Source: Orbicella franksi (lineage: Eukaryota). Taken from it: a DNA stretch of 64,000 nt. The translations under genes were made by a program, and so were the position numbers. Numbering within the stretch: the stretch's first letter is position 1; the number at the start of each line of letters is the position of its first letter. Location: positions 30,380,001 through 30,444,000 of the forward strand of contig OZ116699.1 of NCBI GenBank assembly GCA_964199315.1. Reading direction: 5' to 3'. The notes beneath the pieces were generated by a model that was not told where the DNA came from, did not search any database, and saw only the letters and a list, made by a program, of their open reading frames with translations. Shown here one piece after another: positions 23,265-35,683 of this stretch.

Positions 23265-25765
23265 ATGGAAAACAAAATGGAGAAAAAAATTTCCTTATCT
23301 CGTATCAGGTTACATAAGCCGGTTCTCAGTAGACAAATGCTGAGATCGGCATTTTTGAAGCTAAAAAGGCAAACATGAGTTCGCGAAGGTCTAGACTGGC
23401 CGTGAAACTTTAAATTTACTGCCGAGAAAAGTAAAATGGTAAATACTGCGGGTGAACTGGCCATTTCAGACTTTTCTCCGGCTAGGCTGGGTTTTTCCCT
23501 CTCCTTCACGAGTTTCCCGACACGGTACGATGTATTTCATTCCCGAGTTCTGCTAAATAAAAAACAATCTGTATGCAGCGTTTGCTGCGAGACCACATTG
23601 GACTCTGAGTCTGAAATCCTTGACACCGGTGAAGAGAGAGCGACTGTACCGCACATAGAGAAAAAAAGATTCATAATCATGATCGTTAAATTACAATAAT
23701 AAAACAAATTAATTGGTATGTCAGGCAGTTGTTTCTTGCCGGAATAACGTAAGTATAAAACCATGAACAACCTCGGTCGGTCTAAACCCTGATCGTGACA
23801 ATAAGTCGAAAACATTCGGTTTAATGATAACTATTCTTTCCTATTTTCTAGCCTTAGTATATCATTTTACTTCTTTTAGCGAATATTATGTCAATTATTA
23901 AAAGTGAACGGTGAATTTCATTGGCACTGCGCTTTATCCCGCATCGATCTTATCCTGAAACTGTGATGTACCACCCCTGCAGGTACTTTTACATTTTCTG
24001 GGAAGAGGATTTGAAACTGTTGTCTCACATGTCCTACATCTTCTCGTAAGGTTAAAACATTTTTTTCTTGCGTGGGTTTTATTTTGCGTGGATAGCCGTG
24101 ATTTTGTTGTTACTGCGGGATTCAATTCTTACAGTTAAACTTAAAGTAAATCCCTGCTATTCCCAACAAATTTGTGTAACTTGAAACTAGCAAAAACAAA
24201 AACTTCCACTGTATAATACTTAGTGAATTTCTCAAAACTTCAGGCATGACAGATAACTTTGACTTTGAGACCTTGAATTAAGCAGCAAAGATGCTTTGTT
24301 ATTGATCTCCCACATTAACTGTTCCTCCTCATGTATGTGGTGAACATGATAAATTGTTTCCTAAAACTGATAATATGAAGCCATTTAGAGGTCATAAATA
24401 AAGCTACAGTGAATGTTGATACCGTGCATACACAATTGTATTAAAGCGGATGTAAAATGATAAACATATCCGACCGGCAATGAGGGTGTACTGGTTAATA
24501 AGGAAATAGGACAAAGAGCTATTCAGACAAATGTACTGTTTCCATATACGTTTTACATGTGAATATCTTACGATGAAAAGTACTAGTCAAAGTTACAATT
24601 TATTTTTAAGGATCCGCATAAAAACCAAGGCCTTAGGCGTCGCATGGCGCGAAAAAGACAGAAGATTAATAAAACTGAAGCAACAGTGCCTCTTTAATCA
24701 AGGATGGCCGCTGGTGACCATTTAGAACTAGTCATCAAGAACAGAGCTTCCTTGAATCCGCTCAGTGAATACAAATGTATTCCATCATGTGCCGCGGATA
24801 CTGAATATCCTGTCAAAATGAAAACACCACCTTTTGATAAAGCACTTTCACCCACACCGAATCGTTTGGGTTGATAAGGCTGGATCCATGCATCATCATT
24901 ACCCAGAACCTTTGAAATATTTAAAATAGACTGCAAATGTAAAATGAAGCTTAGCGAAAGAAACAAAAAATGAGCTGATTTAAGGGGCAAAATCGCTCAC
25001 AGTGCATATTCAGTCTAGATGAGGGAAACTCTGAATCGAAAGTGATAATTGTAGCTGAAATAAATAACGCACCACGTCATCGGTCACCATCATTAAAACC
25101 ATGTGAACCGGTGTCGTAATGCCCTGCTGTTCGTGAATTCGGTTTCATCAGCAGAGTGATTCGCGATTACTTCAGACTAGGGCCAGGCGCTAAATTGAAA
25201 TATTACCTTAATATTGACGAAAATACAATATTACCAAGATTTAGAACAGTCAACAAGGTTGAGCCTGCTCTGACGAGTATTTACGGGTAGAATTACTAGG
25301 AATCAATACACATCAGTGTAAACGAACTCAGCTTGGAGTAGCACGTCGGTCATCAGCTCTACTCTAATACGCCGGGGCGTATGTAATTATCTGGTTTGTT
25401 CACTGATTATATTTTTGAGACGCTTACTTGACTGCAATATGTGACTGATATAGATAAAGACCAAAACCCTGGTCATATTGCAAGACTCATCCGAGAGAAA
25501 CAAGTTGAGTCAAAACAAGAAAAACCAGTTTGTAATGAAGGTTCGTTACGTGGGTGAAGTAAATCGACTCGATGATAAAACAAAAGGTGCACCCCAATTT
25601 TCAGGCCAACATTTATCTCATTTTCTAACCATTTGTTACAAATAGTTAATTCGGGATTTTCGCTTTCTTGTGCAGAAAATATCAACAGTTTTTGAAAATG
25701 AAATGATCGCTCAGCAGTTTTCATTTTAGAACACAGAACGGCGGCGTTTTCAAGTATTTGAAACG

Positions 25766-25773
25766 TGACGTCA
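25766..25773. promoter_or_regulatory. CRE palindrome TGACGTCA upstream of paralogue F
   Basis: Exact 8-mer, 114 nt before the ATG at 25888. Confidence 0.5.
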
Positions 25774-25887
25774 CACATCACCAACGCAAAACCAGCTTGT
25801 GGTTTATTATGTCAAGTTGCGCAAAGATCATTCCATTTTAGGCTCGGCAGTTACCGTAACAAGAGCAGCACAACCCAGAGATTCAAC

Positions 25888-28468
25888 ATGGTTCTTCAAC
25901 AGTGTCTCGCTTGCAATGCGGTGGTAAGCTTTTAAGGAAATAAGTTAAATTCGGTTACAAAATAACATCAATAATTCTACCAGACTTGCTTGACTCGCTG
26001 ATATTCAAATTTGCCTTCGGTCGTTAATTTTCATATTCTCAACGGCCCTGTTCCGTCACACAACAGACTACAACGCGCCACTTAAATTAATCGCAATTTT
26101 TGCTACTTCAACGATGATTTCCCTCCAGGAAAGCGTGAGTTAACTAACAGTTTTTAATTAGTAGTTTCTAGGCTCGATTTGATAAATTCCCGTCGATTTT
26201 TGAGCGCGTGTCAGCGAACGTTGGCGGCTACAGCGAGGCGGCCCTCTCCAAACACTAAACCAGTGACTCAGCAGTGTGTTCTACCACTCAGTCACTGATC
26301 ACAATCAGGTTAACGATTTTAACATTAAACGACAAATTTATTTTCTCAAAAACAATTGTTGTAAGAGATGATTCGTTTACCAGTTCTGTTCACCCGGTAT
26401 TAAACACTTTCTTACTCGCTCTTTTCGGTTCGAAGAGTTCCCGTTCAAGTGTGGGCGTAACGCGAGACAAAACAGATTATAGTTTACTGAAAATTATTTT
26501 CGCTCTGTGTCCACGATAACGAGCAAATTATACATCTTTAAGCGAAGAATTCACATTGAATTTCCTTGCTTTTCATCTGATGTTGCTCTAGAATAAAGCA
26601 GTCTGCTTTTCTTTGTTAACTGTACATTCCCACCCTCAAATGATGCGCGTGGATTTTCGAATGGACTTGACCCTTTTCGATGAAGCGTGCCCGAGTTCGA
26701 ACAAAACAAATACCCTCCTCTGTCTTGGTTTGATTGCCCTTCCTCGACATTTAATACCTGTAGATTTTTAAGGTTAAATTTTCGTAGATTTATTTCTGCG
26801 TGGATAATTCCCAACTGGAGTCGCTTACTGCAACGAGTGTGAAACAAACAGGTATGCAGTAACATGATGCATTACCATACGCCCCAGTATCGAAGAAAAA
26901 TCTGCCCATAGATGGCAAACATCTACAACTATGCAGAATAATCCACAAGAACATCGGAAACAGCCGAAATCACTTCATATTTCTCTTAATTTGCTTAATT
27001 AAAACATTCTTGGTATAAATTTGTTCAAAGGCAAATCAAGGAGTTAAAAAATTCTGCTCGTAATTTCATGTCATGTGAACTTTTGAAACACGGAAGTTGT
27101 GAACGTTTGCACGAATATTGACATCCTCGCCCCCTATCCTCAGATAACAGAATCGTGCAGGTCGTGCGTCTGTGGTCACGTGTTTGAAGACGCCAAAGAG
27201 ATTGGTGGGAAAAGATTTTCAGGTAGGCTTCCTTGTGAATCTGGTAAAACCAGTTCCTGTATGTCATAATTTGAGCAGGTTACACGAATTGTTTTATACA
27301 CTATCGGGCAACACTTAATTTACACGGAGTTGAATGTAAATTTGGCTTTTAGATCAGTCATCGATTAAGGTGTTTAGGCTATCTTGGCCATTTTTCAAAT
27401 CACTGTGCATACAATTAATACTGTTGTATCTACAGAATACCGTGCTGAGCTGTACACCCGTCTGGAGAACAGAAGAATAAAGCAATTGGTACGAAGAAAT
27501 AGAAACGCGAACGAAAAGGAGTCGGGGCGGCAGCCACTTAAAGAACGTAAGGTATATATCACGGATTCTACTCTAAAAGCTGAAAAAAAAAGTGGAGGAC
27601 ATCCGAACTTCTCTTACACTTTCACTCAGTGTTGGGAGAGTAATTAGACGGTTCGTATAATGCTGAGAAAACGCAGAAGCAGTAAACGGAAAAACTGCAA
27701 TTAGAACAGACACACTTTCAACTCCAAAGCCCGAATTTCGTTAACCTGATATTCTCTTGAATGAATGGACACGGCTGTGCTTGCATTATTTTACAGACGC
27801 TAGTTTGCAGCAATCATGTCACAAAAACAAAATGACCGCTGGTCAAACCATGACAGACTTTATCAAAAGTCCTTCGCGTTTGTAAGTAACCCTGGAGTGA
27901 CGGTCGATTTGTGCTCCTCTATCACGCACCCAGCGTGTTTGAGTGTCACGTACATTTTGCTCGTTCCGAGTTCAACTTTCGTAACCTGGGTCACAGTCGT
28001 CCTTCCCGAAATAGAAAATCGGAGAGACCCATGACACAGGGTCGACTTGCGCAGCTCCACTTGTGGGAAAGTCTAAAGCCCTGGAAAGATCGCGGTACAT
28101 TTTTCTTTTGCCAACCAACCAAAAACGAAAGCTAGTTCCTAAATGAAACCAACCAATAGCGCTTGTTTCTATTTTCTTCGTTATCCGTCAACTTGGTTTT
28201 AATGTGCTTCGCTTTGTTTTTACTATAGGCCAACGCGGTGATATCCGGTGACACCACTTCGATATTGAAACCCAAGACTCACTCATTTAAGCCGAAAACG
28301 TGTCATCGAAGAATAAAAGGCAAACGATTTCCAGGCCCAGTAAACCAATCAGCAAGCACATCTACTGTGCCACCAGAACTAGTGTCCAGGCTTCCAAGTG
28401 CTCTACAGGAAATTAACCGAAGATTGACAGGACAGAACCTGGTGTGGTGGACGATGCAATTACAATAG
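25888..28468 (+). CDS. UPF0547/C16orf87-like protein, paralogue F (156 aa)
   Basis: join(25888..25923,27144..27222,27436..27551,28229..28468): MVLQQCLACNAV|ITESCRSCVCGHVFEDAKEIGGKRFS|EYRAELYTRLENRR...QPLKERK|...PELVSRLPSALQEINRRLTGQNLVWWTMQLQ*. Confidence 0.9.
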
Positions 28469-29221
28469 ATACAATGGTCAATACTGAGAGAAAACCAATG
28501 AAGAACTTAAACCAAGAGATAAACAACCGGTAAAAAAAGCACTGAATGCTGAAAGGAGTGATAAGGTCCTACATCGTCGTTTTAAACGAGATATACGAAC
28601 TGCGGTGTCCGCGACGAAGAATCTGGTCTGCCTTCAAATGGAATAACTTCATGAGGACAAATTTGTTGACTATGCTTCATACGATAACGAACTGGATAAC
28701 CGACTTCTCATATTGATGTTGGCCCGGTTGTTCAAAGCAAGTATAAGTTAATGCAAGATAAGCGTTATACTTTGAATTCAGTTTATAAAAATTATCTCTT
28801 TTGCCACGTCTCACCACCAATTTTTGTAGTTTAAAAATTATACGAGTGAAACACGGCTGAATTGGTGTCAATCAGCTTTCAATCGAAACTATTTATTTAC
28901 CCCGGCCGTATATAAAGAGGCAAATGATATTCACAGTATTAATATGTCATGCCTTTGATCCCTTGAAGGGACAAACTTGACGAAACCGAGTTTCAGTCCA
29001 AAATATACTCGAATCAAAAAGAATGTTTGCGACAGTGAATACTGGACCCCAATGAATCCCTGTTATGTTGTCTTTGTTAATTGCAAGCGTGGTAAGATGT
29101 TATAGTGTGGACTGTAAATAAAAAAAGTAAAATATATGACGAGTAATTAAAGCTATACACTTGTATACAATGGTTTTGGTTGATTACTGTAACGTAGTCG
29201 AGACAACGTCCCGTGGAAAAC

Positions 29222-29640
29222 AATAGGAACCTTACGGAAAACACGACGGCAACGGCAACGGCAACGAGGACGTCACCAAACGAAAGGTTTAATGAGAAAA
29301 ACAATGGCTGTGCACGTGCATTATAATTCTTGGTACATTTCATTGCCGTCCTCGGCAAATCAACAATTAACGTGAAATGACCAATTTCCAAGTTTTTTGA
29401 CAGCGGGACCCACTACGGCTAATTTTTCGCATTTCTATTCGTGGAACTGAACGCATTCGTAGCATATTCAGCAGGGGCAAGTTTCGCATTCGTAACATAT
29501 CTAGCAGGGGCAAGTTTTACAACCGACAAACACACTGAATAGATCTATGTAAACGCAAAAATTCCAAAGTAAGATGGCAACACACTTTTTAACAGCCGTC
29601 GTCCCTGCCGTCGCCGTCGTATATGCGTAAGGTCCCTATT
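29222..29640. repeat. TIR MITE
   Basis: Termini AATAGG(G)A(A)CCTTACG...CGTAAGGTCCCTATT, with subterminal ACGGCA/TGCCGT repeats. Confidence 0.7.
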
Positions 29641-31724
29641 GCAACAGACGGTCTTACTGCAAAGATTTATTCACAAAACTCAAGTTTGCCAGTTCGAGGT
29701 TACTCCTGGACATGCCTGTATAAATACTGCTTATAGCTGAATAAATAAATAATTTTAAATTAAGTCCAAATTTTTCAAATTCGTCGTTTGTAATCCGTGT
29801 TAATCTACTCAATCCTTAACCATCCTTTTTCTTTTATGTCATATTAGTATCTCTTTGTTTTGTTTTGTTTTTTTCCATCTTTTAGTAAACTACTATTTCC
29901 AATTAGTAGAATTCTACTAGTATGCTAATGCAAATGCTGTAATCTGATTGGCTGAACCATTGAACACTATCAGCCATTAGTGTGCAATGGCTGGAGGTCG
30001 TCTAGGAAAGGGCGACGTTTTTTTCGTTTTTCCAAAGTTTTGGAGGAAAATTTTGATGCAAATGGATAATTAAATTCCTGAGAAGTCTAAACGAAGAACT
30101 TTTACGGTTTCCTGACTTTTAAAAAAGTTGAAATTATTGAAAAAACTGAGGCGCGTGCGCACACAACTTCAATTTTAAATGACAATTCGAGCGATCAATC
30201 CAAGCGATCTTTTTCAGGCGCAAAGTTTAATAATACCTCAAGAAATAACTGGAAATCATTATTTGAAATAAATTTTAGTAAAAATTCTGCTAAAACAATT
30301 AGATTATTCGCTCTCGATTTCTATGAGGTGATAGTTGATGAGGCCGAAATCTCGAGCTCATAATCTAATTGACAATTAGCACAACAGTGCTAAATATAGC
30401 CCTAATCAGAGATGAAAGCTGAAAGCTAAAACCCGCATAATACAATAGAATAAATCATTTTGGTAATTTGACCACTCGGTCATGCAGTTTGTAATATGGA
30501 GCACGGAGGAGATGGACGTGGCTAGGTAACGTCTTTAGAATGGATCATCATATACATCCTCGAATTGCTCTCACATGGGTACCAGAAGGCAGAGGGAATC
30601 GGGGTCCACCGCGAGAGACATGAAGGAGGACAATGGAAATTAAGGTGGAAGTTAACCTAAAATTCTGTAAAAGAAATTCGAAGTTTTGTTTTCATCGGAA
30701 TTTGAATCTTAAGGTATTGAAATTTTATTTTGAGAATTTCTGTTACAGTAAGTTCAAAGCTCGTTTTCTCAAAACGAGTTTTCTTTTGCCTTTGAGAAAA
30801 AATATTTTGAGAAGGATTTGTCTAATTGAGCTGAAATTTTTGTTTTCTTTTCTCAAGTAAGCCCTGCAATTTCCCAGCAGGTGGCAGATTTAATTTAATC
30901 AGCCGGTGTCACGTTACAATAGGTATACAGTTCTAGGGTACAAAAGTATTTTTTTCATTAACTTTGGTCTTTGAGCTTTCTAAAAATGCAAACACTACTC
31001 TCCTCTGCCTCCCTTGTCGTGACGACAAGGGAGGCAGAGGAGAGAGAGCCTGGGAACGAGGTTAGGGAGAGAAATGTCATTGTTTACAACACCAACATGG
31101 CGCTATGACGTCATGTGAAACGGTTCGCTTTATCTCGGAGAAACCTAAATTCATGTAATCTCTATCTCTTTGTACATATTTTCTATACAAATGAAATCGA
31201 TTCTATGACACTTAAATGTTTTTCAAATCAGATGTTTTATCAGATTAAATTTTCACGTTCATAAACTGATAAGTGGTTGTGATCGAGGGATCTTCATTTA
31301 TCGAATATTGTACGTTTGCTGCCGGGTTGGATTTTGCCGATACTAGATATTCACTCACTTCACTCACTCCACTCACTCAATCATTACTTGATTCAGTATT
31401 TATAATCATTATAAATTGCTAAACTGTTGCGATAAATTGTTTGTTGTTGTTGTTGTTGTAAAAGTTGGTTATCGATCAATAATGGGGGTTTTCCTCCCTT
31501 TTTTCCATTTTTAGGTCCTGGTATTGCTAGATAACATAATATCCACTTTCTGATCATACAGCAGCTACCTCTGTTGGGCAGCAGTAGCGTAGCTTCCGTT
31601 TGCCTGTTTGTGACTTGTAAAAACTGATCTTGTGTTTTGTGACACATATATCGGCCATCACAAATTGCACTGAATAACTCCTTGTCACAGTTTGTGACTC
31701 CCAGCTGTCGTAATAACACATTGT

Positions 31725-32005
31725 CAGTGGCGGATCCAGACTTTGAGCTAAGGGGGTTGGGGAGGCCCTGTTTTGTTTGCTTGCCCTGCTGGCTTTTCTT
31801 CCTTCTGCGATTTTTTGTTTTTTCACCCAAAATTGCTGGTTTTCAGTGTCACGCAATTCAAAATAGCTCAAAATAAAAATCAAAACCGGTCAATAGATAA
31901 AGTCCAGAATCTGGGAAATGAAAGAAGGTAAATATGCAAAGACTCTCGCCAAAATTCTGGTCACAGCAATTTCTCTTATGCGAGATATGCGGAGAATTTT
32001 TTTAC

Positions 32006-32039
<34 letters not shown>

Positions 32040-32258
32040 CTGGTGCCTATCCGTATGGTCACCAGCGGCGGCCGGAAACCAACAGAAACATCTGTCACTG
32101 AGTTTTGCGACAAAAACGTGAATTTATCCCTCGAGAAACTCTAAAACATTAAAATAATGTTTTTTCTGAGACATGAACTGTTCAGATAGCCAAGTTCCCC
32201 GAAATAAGACACGTTTTTAACCATCATGACAGCTCTCTAGGCCGTCACGTAAATGACG

Positions 32259-32291
<33 letters not shown>

Positions 32292-32476
32292 GTATCACAA
32301 AACCAAAAACCCATTCGGAGCAAAAATTGTATGAATATTAGTTTTCAGCTGCTCTTATACATCATTAAAAAACTCAGGAAGATCAATATTTTTGTGGCTC
32401 GAATTTTAGTGACGTCATGTGAAAACCAGCTATAAGGGGGCGGGGCCCCCGAGCCCCTCCCCTAGATCCGCCACTG
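31725..32476. mobile_element. CAGTGGCGGATC-type MITE containing a second TIR element (31835-32430)
   Basis: Outer TIR CAGTGGCGGATC(C/T)AG, flanked by ATTGT on both sides. Inner TIR GCTGGTTTTCA...TGAAAACCAGC. Confidence 0.7.
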
Positions 32477-34713
32477 ATTGTCACCGTGTTGTCGTGCGTC
32501 GTTAAAATGAGAATGAGCAGCAGCTATCTAGAAATTTGACTCAGTTTCTTTTCTCTTCAACAATGAGACAAAGATATTTAATGTAAGGTTATTACTCTAG
32601 TGCTAGCCACTTTCAGGCATTTCGCGCTTTGCATGATTTTGTCTTTCGAAATACCTTTTGAGAAAATTCTATACAGCAGCTTGCTTTCATTCAACTTTGT
32701 TGCCGTGTCAACACCATATGCTCCTTTGTAACGCGTGTGAGCAGCTAATCAAACGAATAACGTATACATATTGAAATGAAGATATTACGTTTTTTCAACT
32801 TTGGGAAGGCATTTGCCGTGGTTATTCGCTCATGGAAGAGATGTTGTAGTTAGGTGACTGAGAATCGAACTACATAGCAGCAATGAGACTTAATTTTACA
32901 CGAGGCTCTAAATTAGGCATAGTCAACGCCCCGGCCAACTTTCCTGAGATGGAGGTCGCTGAGGGAAGGAATAGAACCGCCTCCCCATTCCCCACACATT
33001 CTTGAAACATATATCGGTTTTTATGGGCCGTAAAAAATAGCTACAATATAGACTAGTATTTTTCCTGTTTTTGTGTGAAAATCAAAATGAAGCATTGCTT
33101 TCTAAAAATATATTTAAAAGTGCACAAACACTTTTAAAATCGTTCTTTTTTTTTTTGAGTCTGCAGAACGCGACAATGTGTTTTTGCAAGTTACAACTTT
33201 TGACATTTTAAAATGCAACATATTACAATTTTCGATAGCTATGTTATGCCAGCTTGACAGATGTCTGCCGGTGAAAGAAAGAGTTCTTTTCATGTTAGCT
33301 TTTGGCAAACTCAAACGAGATAAACAGTTTTTGTAAACAAAAATCGTTTCTCTCACAGTTTAGGAACACTGTTTGTGACAATTTATCGCTTACGACACAG
33401 AAGAAACAGAGTAAGGCCATTATACGAGGAAAATAGAACGTAGTTTATTTTCCTTGTTTAAATTAAATGGCCCTAATGTATATTTATTCCGAATTTCTTG
33501 TTTAAATGGCCTTAATGTAAGCTCATAATGTCCAAAGTTCCTTCAGTAAGGAAACGAAACTCGGTATTAAAAGTGAACGGATTGACTCTTGACCAACCGA
33601 AGAGTCAACAATGTTATCTTTTTAACTGGAAGACCCGGCATAGCCTACATAGAATTCCATTCCAGCCCTCAAGGCCAACAGCCCTTTAAGCGAAAAACGC
33701 CACTGACCTTTTAAAGATTCCAGTGAATCACTCAAAGAGTTTCTGTACAAGGAAATAATGTATGCGCAACAATATCGGCAAACAGAGTTTCATTTTCATC
33801 AGTACAAAACTTCACTTTTCAAAAAAAAGAAGAAAACAGTTGTCATTGCGAAAGGTTTTAAGAAAGGCATTTGTATAAAATAAAATAAAATATGCCTGAT
33901 TTGCGACACACGGCTATTGTCTGAACCAAAAGTAAAACAATTTGTTCAGCGAACGAAATATCAGGCCACGTGTTTTTCTGTTTTATGTTCAAGTTTGTCC
34001 TGTTGGCGCATCTATTCTATGTTATTTTGTCCTTTAATTTTTTTCTTGGACTTTTAAGTGAGAAGTTCAGGGTTTTATTAATAGTATTTCCCTGACCAGG
34101 TTTGTTACTGTTTCTGTAGTTTCGAGCTAACTAAACACACCAGGCCCACGCCATACATCATCAAGTGTCTTACCAATCTCGTTTCCAGGCTTGCTCCGTG
34201 TGGAGGCTGAACATGGCAACGTTTCCAAAGCAAAAAATCCTTTCCCCGGTCCTAGATGTTTTTGTTTTTTTTTTTACTTCCTTCTTCTACAGATTTGAAA
34301 CAGTCTTGTTAAAACGAAAGTTAAGAAAAAGAAAATAGACAAAACCTTTGGAGCCAGGGTAGAATCTAGGGTGAGCTAATCGCAAAAAGATTACTTAAAG
34401 AGGTTTCAGCTCATGTTGGACCTAATCTGTAAAATGTCTTGAATAATTTCTTTTATTAAAAACTGGATCGTTGGATGATGCAATTCGAGAGTTTTCATTG
34501 GTTTAGCCATCATGGGTTATGAGCCATTATACCTTGCTCTTCTGAAATATGGTAAGCTTACGCGTGATTTTTTGGGGTGTTTTTATTTTTATTTTAGTCT
34601 AGTTGTCTATATTTGGGGACGTTTGTAGTAAAAGAATTATTCCACTCTCGCTTGTTGGCGATGTGAGACGATTATAGCCAACTCGGCGCTACACGTCTCG
34701 TTGGCTATCTACT

Positions 34714-34747
<34 letters not shown>

Positions 34748-35404
34748 TTAATAAGTCTTCATTTTGCCCTCAGTAACGTTGGCTTCATTTATTTTCATGA
34801 CAAGGCATTATTTCAAGATTTTGACGGTGCGGTGCGTAGAAAGCAATTTTTAGAAATGAGCACCCTTGACTTTTTCTTTTTCTTTTCTTTGTCGGTGTTC
34901 TCAGCGTCTTCTCGTGGTATACCTAGGAATGTCCTACTTGTCACTTATATTTCATCGGTACACCGAGAAAATGCAAGTGGACTCGTGGCATATTCCATGA
35001 TTCACCACGAGAAAGTGTTAAAGGCTTGGTTTCTGACCCAATAGACCATATTCGTGTTCCCGGTAATGGACTGGAACTAGTTTGTAATGGAGGCTCTTGC
35101 CAGGGATTATCATTAAAAAGAGAATAATGCCATTTGCCGTTGAAAAGACTCCCGCATTAGGCTCAGTTGCAAGCTAGTTCCAGTCCGGCAATACCTGGAA
35201 TACGACTATGACCTATTCATTGCATCATGTTCATTTGAGCACGGTTTTGAAAACTTTTTCTACTTAATTTGCTGGAAAATTTCGTCAGCCGTGAAAGGTG
35301 ATCACGTCATAAGTGGTACCCTGGGCGAGAAGCACTCCATGGCATGATGATACATCAACTTTTTGAATTTGTTACTTATTATAAAAAAGGTAAAATTTGC
35401 GTCA

Positions 35405-35683
35405 GGCCAGTGGCACATACAGCCGGAACGTATCCTGGTCTCTGAAACGTGAAGAGACCAGAGGTATTTCTTCTCTCCCCGGCCCCTGGATGGGATGCTA
35501 GTTCATCGCAGGGTTAACCCCGGCATTAAATTTACCGGTACCCAATTATACACCTGGGTGGAGAGAGGCACTGTGAGAGTTTAATGTCTTGCTCAAGAAC
35601 ACAACGCAAGACGGGGGAACAACGAAATGACCGCGACCAAGCCTCAAACGCGGAACGCTCGATCCGGAGTCCATCGCGCCTCC
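35405..35683 (-). mobile_element. tRNA-derived SINE, diverged copy
   Basis: Aligns with the copies at 42391 and 42737 (atacacctgggtggagagaggcactgtgagagt...tgtcttgc(t/c)caagaacacaac). Confidence 0.75.

Noticed and set aside
24694-25480. Possible minus-strand gene between E and F (MTRVLVFIYISHILQS exon; VLGNDDAWIQPY... ORF)
   Set aside because: The splice phases do not join (phase 1 donor versus phase 0 frame), there are stops in the intervening candidates, and no product was recognisable.
27797-27885. Exon-like segment in paralogue F intron 3
   Set aside because: A phase-0 entry hits a stop and other acceptors leave the wrong exit phase; E has no counterpart.
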